In this document: positions 56,763 to 64,000 of the stretch, piece after piece | Layout of the letters: every line of letters starts with the position of its first letter | Numbering within the stretch: the first letter of the stretch is position 1 | Source of the DNA: Eledone cirrhosa | Lineage: Eukaryota | Assembly (NCBI GenBank): GCA_964016885.1 | Contig: OZ024742.1 | Coordinates: forward strand, 39,618,001 to 39,682,000 | Length of the DNA: 64,000 bases | Direction of reading: 5' to 3' | The notes under the pieces: generated by a model | Seen by the model: the letters and a program-made list of their open reading frames with translations, nothing else | Database searches by the model: none | What the model was told of the DNA's origin: nothing | Program-made: the position numbers and the translations under genes

Positions 56763-57818
56763 GAAGAGGTTAAGGCAAATATTGTTCAAGTTATGCTAGA
56801 AGCAGACAAAAGTGAAAAAATCAACTGAAGAGGTACGTACATTCTGCACCAAAATGACGTTTCTTCTTTTACAAACATCGAGTTTTCGTTTTTTGTAACT
56901 CTTGGTACAAAAACTTTCTTCACGAGATTTTCTATCAGCACCGATTTCCTCGACAAAGACCCTTCAACGTGGAAGGATGATTCTGGTTACAAAAGTGGAC
57001 TTGAAAAACTTGAGAAGACTGTTGTGAATGATGTTGCAGAAAGAGGTGTCAAACTCATTCAGGATTACAATAACATTCTCACAAAAGAGGAAACTGAGAA
57101 ACAATTTGTTTTACAGATCGTTACTGAAAACCGTAAAACATACCCAACTGCCACTAAATCCTCTCTTATGCAAAAATAATTGTTTCTTCTTTTGGCACAA
57201 GGCCAGCAATTACCTAGTACATTACTGGTACTTTATTTTATCGACCCCGTATGGATGAAAGGCAAAGTTAACCTCGGCGGGATTTGAACTCGGATCGTAA
57301 AGGGACGTAACTATGCTGGAAAGCATGTCTGCCCCTCTTCCGATACTGCCAATTCACCGCCGTTCTTATGCAAAAACAATGTTCAATATTCATTGTTCAG
57401 TGTTCGCATTATGTTTTTGATTCTATAGAAATTATTGTTGTAAATGAAAATGCGTTATTCTTATAGAAGTTGTGTGCTTTATTAAGAAAAGCTAATATTT
57501 CCTAAGATTTTCATGTTATTTCAGGAATTATTCAAATTAGCTATGGGTAAATTTGATTCAGAACGTTTAAAACATTTGCTGGGGTTACCTGGATGTGTTC
57601 ACATAAATTTCTCTAAGAAGAAAAAAGAAAATGGTCGAGTTAGGGAACTGTATAGGGCTTTTGAACAGAATTATTCTCTGTGTATACTATGTTCCAACTT
57701 CAAGGCGTTTGAGGGTCATCTAACAGTTGTCCGATTGAGTTGATATTTAGCGGACCCCTTTTTCTTGTGGCTTGAAACAAGATTAGGTGGAAATTACCTA
57801 TTGCTAAAGGCCACCCTA
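56763..57818 (+). mobile_element. hAT (hATm-like) transposon 3' remnant with the transposase C-terminus
   Basis: FLDKDPSTWKDD..VVNDVAERGVKLIQDYNNILTKEETEKQFVLQIVTENRKTYP, and a right end GGCCACCCTA. Confidence 0.8.
57177..57363 (-). mobile_element. SINE family A with a 13-bp TSD
   Basis: TSD TCTTATGCAAAAA at 57164-57176 and 57364-57376. Confidence 0.92.
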
Positions 57819-57879
<61 letters not shown>

Positions 57880-58001
57880 GGAGGTGAGTTTTATTGTAGT
57901 ACAATAAAGCAATGCAGATATCGGATAAGAAGCACTCTACAGTTTGTGGGACTGGAGTATGCATAATATAAGATCAAAAGATGGTTAAAGGAGTTCAATA
58001 T

Positions 58002-58070
58002 ATTTTATTATGCGCATTTCAAAAACAAACATCATCAAACAATAATATTTGTGTTTTCATCAGATAAAAC
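58002..58070 (-). ncRNA. Type I hammerhead
   Basis: GTTTTAT-CTGATGA-16-bp stem II-GAAA-TGCGCA-TA-ATAAAAT. Confidence 0.82.
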
Positions 58071-58207
58071 AGGAGAACATGATATGAAGGCTAAAAAAAA
58101 AAAACACTTGTTGATAGTGCAGTTTTAAATCAACATATCAAGATATGTTGATTTAAAACTGCACTATCAACAAGTGTTTTTTTTTAGCCTTCATATCATG
58201 TTCTCCT

Positions 58208-58276
58208 GTTTTATCTGATGAAAACACAAATATTATTGTTTGATGATGTTTGTTTTTGAAATGCGCATAATGAAAT
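58208..58276 (+). ncRNA. Type I hammerhead (inverted copy)
   Basis: CTGATGA at 58215, GAAA at 58258, ATGCGCAT palindrome, stem I GTTTTAT/ATGAAAT. Confidence 0.8.
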
Positions 58277-58307
58277 ATATTGAACTCCTTTAACCATCTT
58301 TTGATCT

Positions 58308-58340
<33 letters not shown>

Positions 58341-58450
58341 GACTCCGTTTATTTTTGAGACTCGAAACCGATTCGGTAAAGGTAACTATAGTAAGTAAAG
58401 TTAATTTTTAAAAATTTATTTTGAAACTTTTTCTTATTTGCTAAACCTTG

Positions 58451-58523
<73 letters not shown>

Positions 58524-58561
58524 ATGCTAATATATATATATATATATATATGTATGTATAT

Positions 58562-58592
<31 letters not shown>

Positions 58593-58614
58593 CGCGTATG
58601 TGTGTGTGTAGTTT

Positions 58615-58645
<31 letters not shown>

Positions 58646-58678
58646 ATGTGTGTGTATTTATATATATGTGTGTGTGTG

Positions 58679-58728
<50 letters not shown>

Positions 58729-59564
58729 CGCATATATATGTATGTGTGTGTTGTCTATCTAAAGAGCCACGCACACACACATACACACATATAATATAAA
58801 AGGTAATGGGGAGGGATGATAAGTGTAATTACCAGAGAAAGTGGTGTGGAGGTGGAGGAAAGCTGAAGTGGAATGGGTAAGTGGATAGGATATTGAAGAA
58901 CCACCTCTTCATGGTTCGTGATTTCAAATCTGCTGCAGAAATTTAGATATGTCCCTGGAGAGAACAGTTAAACTCTAACAGGCCTCTGAACCTCAAGTAA
59001 GCTAGCAGGAATGGATGCCACATTTCTCTGGATCGAGGTCATTAGGGGAGGTAACCCACTGATATTTGTATATATTAAAAAATAGAAAGAGGGACAAAAA
59101 AAATAAAACGGGATTTTTTTTTCGAAGGGTAAAGTGCCAAACTTTAAATTGGACATAGGAAATAATGTTCCCATTAGTCTTGCCATTGCTGGTCCCAACT
59201 CTTGGCAGAAGGAGCCACATGAGGTTCAGTATTTCACTCAAGAATACATGGCCCCACCGTCTCCATTAGTTGTACCCATGAACTTATGATCGCGAGTTCA
59301 ACACCCAAACTATTAGACCACACACCTTCATAAAAAGTAGTAGTGTGGAGATAAGTTCACCATTTGCTGGACTTTATATCTCAGCTGCTGCCCGCAGACA
59401 AAATGGCGAAATCCTTGCCGTTCTCGGGCGGGTTACACTTCTCCAGATGTTGCGGAGCAAAACAGCAATCTGGGAACCGAGGACATTGGATGTCACATTG
59501 GCAACCGACACAAAATGCAAGGGGTCAATCAAAACCCGGTATTTAGTAGTTCTTTTCTTTCGTT

Positions 59565-59735
59565 CTTCTACTGGTTTAGGTCATTAGACTGCGGCCATGC
59601 TGGAATACCACTATAAACAGATGTGGCTGATTATATCAACTCCAGGATGTATTTTTATTTATTTATTCAAGCCTGGTGTTATATTACAGATCTCATTTGT
59701 CGAAGAGCAAATAAATATATGGGACGTAATCAATA
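59565..59735 (-). mobile_element. Degenerate SINE (third family)
   Basis: TACTGGTTT.GGTCATTAGACTGCGGCCATGCTGGA..GGGACGTAA resembles a common cephalopod SINE tail (from memory, unverified). Confidence 0.5.
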
Positions 59736-60175
59736 CTCTCATTTATTTTCCTATTTCTTCTTCTCACTCTCATTGTATATTCCAACGAATGACTAACATC
59801 CGAAACGTTATGATTAGTTTCTAATATATGAAACTTTGAACTAATGCATCACCTTTCTATTGTAATATTATTCTCCTATTATATTTATGCTTGCTGACTC
59901 TTCTTTACACACACACACATATATACAGACACACATACACACACACATACATACATACACACATACATACATGCATACACATATATATATATATACATAC
60001 ACACATACATACACATATATATATACACACACACATACATACATACACACATACTCACACACACATATATATATATACACACATACATACACACGCACAT
60101 ACACGTATATATATATACACACATATATATATACACACACACATACATACATATACATACATATATACATATATA

Positions 60176-60830
60176 TATATAAGTATGTACACGTGCATAC
60201 ATATATGTATACAGACGTACAGTAGTATGTATAAATATATACATACATGCACACATATATATATGTACGTATGGATTCACCGAACATTTATTATAATGCT
60301 CGGTGTGTTTGTAAACAAACATTCCATATTAAGCCGTAGTGTCCAGCAACCATTGTTGCTCGTTTGTTCAACACTGACAAAGGAACGCTGTACTAGTTTC
60401 AAGCTTATTAGCTATCGTCAGCAACGTATACCTTCCTGCCAGATTGTTGAACGTATATACTTACCTTATGCATATTAACGGCTGAGTAGCCCAATTTGCA
60501 TATCGAGTGGGTTAATCGGCCGGGTGCACCGAAAACGATAAACGGAAAAAATGAAACTAGTACAGCGTTCCTGTGTCAGTGTTGAACAAACGAGCAACGA
60601 TGGTTGCTAGACACTACGGCTTAATATGGGATGTTTGTTTACAAACACACCGAGCATTGTAATAAATGTTCGGTGAATCCATACGTACATATATATATGT
60701 GTGCATGTATGTATATATATATACATACTACTGTACGTCTGTATACATATATGTATGTACATGTACATACTTATATTTAAGTAACAGCCGTACTAAGAGT
60801 GGGAAATGAAATTTCGTTTCATTTTTTCCG

Positions 60831-60833
<3 letters not shown>
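60176..60833. mobile_element. PLE-type element with ~225-bp inverted arms
   Basis: Arms ~60176-60401 and 60552-60776 with a 150-bp spacer, and TA-rich flanks. Confidence 0.8.
60385..60427 (-). ncRNA. Minimal type I hammerhead
   Basis: ACGTTG-CTGACGA-t-AGCT aata AGCT-t-GAAA-CTAG-TA-CAGCGT, with palindromic ACTAGT. Confidence 0.78.
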
Positions 60834-60867
<34 letters not shown>

Positions 60868-60912
60868 GGATAGATTGAGAGAGAGAGAGTGTGTGTGTGT
60901 GTGTGAGAGAGA

Positions 60913-60985
<73 letters not shown>

Positions 60986-61003
60986 TGTGTGTGAGAGAGA
61001 GAG

Positions 61004-61065
<62 letters not shown>

Positions 61066-61631
61066 GGGCAAGGGTAGAAAGAATTAATTAATGAACGAGG
61101 GAAAGAAAGAATTAGAATTGAAATGGTGAAATTATAATTATAATTCTGAATATATGAATTTAACGAACAATTAATATATAATTTATATTCAGGAAATAAT
61201 TTATTGAGTAAATCAAAACACAAAGGAAATAAGAAAGGAAAGAAAGAACAAAGAGAAAATAAAACTCTCATTAATTAATGAGTAATTTTCTTACAGAAAC
61301 TACTAATTACAAGGTCTAACTAAACAAAGAAAATGAAAGGAAAGGACCCTTAACACTAATGGAGTCGTAGGAGTGCCGTCCTGACACATAGCGTGTCTTG
61401 AACATTTTAAAACTAGAGAGATATTTTGACACACGGTTTGTGTTGCACATTTTAAACTTGGTGAAGCTCGTCCTTCCTTGGGTCGAGATAGAAAAAGAGA
61501 GAAAGTAACAGAGGAATTATCGACGCCATTACTGACAAGGTACTTTATTTATCGACCTCAAAACAATGAAAGGTAAAGTTACCTCGGCAGGGTTTTAACA
61601 AATAACGAGACATTATTCGACATTAGGAAGA

Positions 61632-61817
61632 GCGGTGGATTGGCAGTATTGGTAGAGGGTCGGACGCCATGCTTTGCAGCATTGAGTTACGGCCCTTTTC
61701 ATTCGGTGTTCAAATCCCGCCGAGGTTAACTTTGCCTTTCTCCCTTACAGGGTCGATAAAATAAAGTACCAGTAATAAACTGGGATAATTGCTGGCCTTG
61801 TGCCAAAAGTAGAAGCA
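61632..61817 (+). mobile_element. SINE family A
   Basis: Full head (TGGCAGTATTGG, GTGTTCAAATCC) and body. Confidence 0.88.
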
Positions 61818-62575
61818 ATTATTATTCGACATACTAACGACTCAGGTAATTCGCCGCCTAACATATCGGAACAGCATATTTCTTCTAGAGAGATTGAGAG
61901 GGGGGGGGTTAAAGAGAAACAGAAAGAAAGAAATATATAGATAGAGAAAGAGAAGAGAAGGGTGAGATAATAGATCCCAGCGCTGGAATGATACTTATCG
62001 ACCTCAATAGGATGAAAAGAGGGATTTGAACTGAGAGCGTAGTGAGCCGGAACTAATACAGCAAACATGTTATCCAACTCTGCCAATTCGCAGCTTTCTA
62101 TCTAAACAAAGGAAAGAAAATGAAAGATGCCAATAGTCAAATCAGACAAAGGAGCCAAAGTTGCGATTGTACTTTCTATTGCTGATACTATCTGTGCTTG
62201 CGACTCTTGCTAGAAGAAAGATCGAACCAAAGAAACAATGATTCCATTGATCTTTCAGTTGCTGTTACTATCTGCCGGTCGTAACTCCTGGCAGAAGGAG
62301 CAACTTGAAGTAAACTATTTACACAAGAATACAACATACTACGAGGTCATGAATTGAACTCACGGAACCATGATCGTGAGCCCAACACAGTAAGCGTTAT
62401 ATTTTCCAACAGAAAATAAAACATTTATATAGTTAACAGTCGGGAACAAAAGACAAAATTAATGGCGGGGCGTCAACCACTTCTCATAACTAAACAACTA
62501 TAACAACAACAACAGCAACAAGAACAAGAATAGAAACAACAACAACTGTTGAACGTCTATCTTTCCTGAGACATT

Positions 62576-62985
62576 CTAACCATATGCCCGTAGTATCGAA
62601 GCTGTGATAGGGAGAAATAGCGGCTCTACCAGGATCAACTCTCGGATCTCCAAACTACGCACTCTATCGAATAACGTTACTCCAAAGACCCTCTGACGGC
62701 GAATCTTCCAGTTGTTAGAGCAAACAGAATAGCCTATTTGTGAAATTAATGTGCGAGTGTCTGAGCATTCCATAGACATATGTATCCTCGATGTAGTTCC
62801 CATGGAGATCCAGCATGACACTGTGTGTGACAAAGCTGAACGTGTGAATTTAAAGGCACAACTCATTTTTTGCCAGCAGAATGGACTGGAGCAACGGGAA
62901 ATAAAGTATCTTGCTCAACGGAAATTGAAATCACGACTTTACGATTGTGAGTGGAGCACCATAACAACTAAACCACGGACCTACA
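62576..62985 (-). mobile_element. RTE fragment (62576-62715) plus SINE family B (62740-62985)
   Basis: RVFGVTLFDRVRSLEIRELILVEPL, followed by a SINE B body on the minus strand. Confidence 0.6.
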
Positions 62986-63014
62986 CAAAGCAAGAAGTGA
63001 ACAAATAAATAATA

Positions 63015-63800
63015 AGTGTTTCTACTTTTGGCTCAAGGCCAGCAATTATCCCAGTGCATTACTGGTTGGTGCTTTATTTTACCGACCTTGTAAGGATGAA
63101 AGGCAAAGCTATCCTCGGCGGGATTTGAAATCAGAACGCAAAGGGCCATAACTCTATGCTGCAAAGCATGGTCTCTGACGCTCTACCTATACTGCCAAAC
63201 ATTGCCACAAGGTCAGCAATTTAGGGAAGGGGAAAGTCAATTATATAGACCTCCAGTACTTCACTGGTACTTTTATCAACTCAGAAAGGTGAAAGCCGGC
63301 GTTGAATCAGCGAGATTATAACACAGAACACAGAGAACCGGAACAAAGAGAACGAAACATTTTGTCCAACGCTCTATCGATTCTGCTGACCCAACAATAA
63401 TGGTTTCTAATTTAGGTACAAGGCTAACAATTTCGGGGTTGTGGAAAATCGATTAAATTGAACCCAGTGCGTTACTGGTACTTTATTTTATCGACGCCGT
63501 ATGGATGAAAGACAAAGCTAAATTTCAACGGGATCTGAACTCAGAATGTAAAGGGCCGTAGCTCTATGCTACAAAGCACGGTGTCCGACGCTCTACTGAA
63601 ACTGCCAATCCACCACCCTTGGCAACCCAATAATAATTGTTTCTACTTTTGGCACAAGGCCAGCAGTTACCCCCAGTGCATTACCGGTAATATATTTTAT
63701 CGACCCAGTAAGGATGAATGGCAAAGCTAACATCATAAAGGGCCGTAGCTCTATGCCACAAAGAATGGTATCCGACGCTCTACCGATACTACCAATCCAT
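63015..63800 (-). mobile_element. Four tandem SINE family A copies
   Basis: Copies at ~63015, ~63205, ~63400 and ~63635, all on the minus strand. Confidence 0.85.
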
Positions 63801-64000
63801 TGCCTCTTGCCAAGCCAATGATAATGTGACAATGAATGGTATGATCTGATAGTCATATAGTTGTTGTTGATATCTTTATGGAAGTAAGGGTGGGGTTAAG
63901 CTAGCGTTTCTATATCATAATTTATTCATTTTATTTTATTTATTACTATTTTTATTTATTCTATTTTTTGCTGATCACTTATCACGCGTGTATTTGGGAT

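Larger units (their letters stand above)
57877..58315 (-). mobile_element. (TA)n-flanked PLE pLTR with a near-perfect ~175-bp-arm palindrome
   Basis: Arms 57963-58139 and 58142-58315 with a 2-nt loop, and an HHR in both arms. Confidence 0.85.

Noticed and set aside
57963-58315. Palindromes as fold-back sequencing artefacts
   Set aside because: Arms differ by substitutions and indels (e.g. the 20-nt deletion at 22120) and follow an element-specific end rule. An artefact is unlikely, though read confirmation is still advisable.
59345-59550. GC-richer unique stretch with a YY1-like CAAAATGGCG and short ORFs
   Set aside because: A single short motif, with no splice or homology support.
60176-60776. 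A/G differences between arms as fossil A-to-I editing
   Set aside because: The differences are few, include both directions and C/T, and are consistent with ordinary transitions or CpG decay.

Overview
Eukaryotic, AT-rich, repeat-saturated intronic or intergenic DNA. The microsatellite load and SINE families resemble a coleoid cephalopod such as Octopus (inference). No intact host protein-coding gene is supported, and nearly all ORF-track entries are microsatellite translations. The window holds two large tandem arrays (32-bp unit at 1-9285, with a 1588-bp higher-order repeat; 59-bp unit at 12006-16661). It also holds many tRNA-derived SINEs, MITEs (Tc1/mariner, pogo, hAT, piggyBac), a non-autonomous Helitron, a hATm-like transposase remnant, decayed LINEs (a near full-length RTE with three C-terminal C2H2 fingers, an L1/Tx1 3' end, an RLE-type 3' end) and two candidate minus-strand exons. 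The main signal is that most short unique islands between (TA)n tracts from 19.5 to 60.8 kb are 3' fragments of Penelope-like elements (PLEs) carrying type I hammerhead ribozymes (HHRs). I count about 15 complete or near-complete motifs from 10 or more families, and one element retains an open GIY-YIG domain. The stem III of each HHR is a palindrome, mostly family-specific. The 5' junctions repeatedly carry inverted templated copies, either of the element itself (foldbacks placing an HHR on both strands) or, in one case, of 616 bp of neighbouring genomic DNA. These copies end at a TA microhomology with the (TA)n target.
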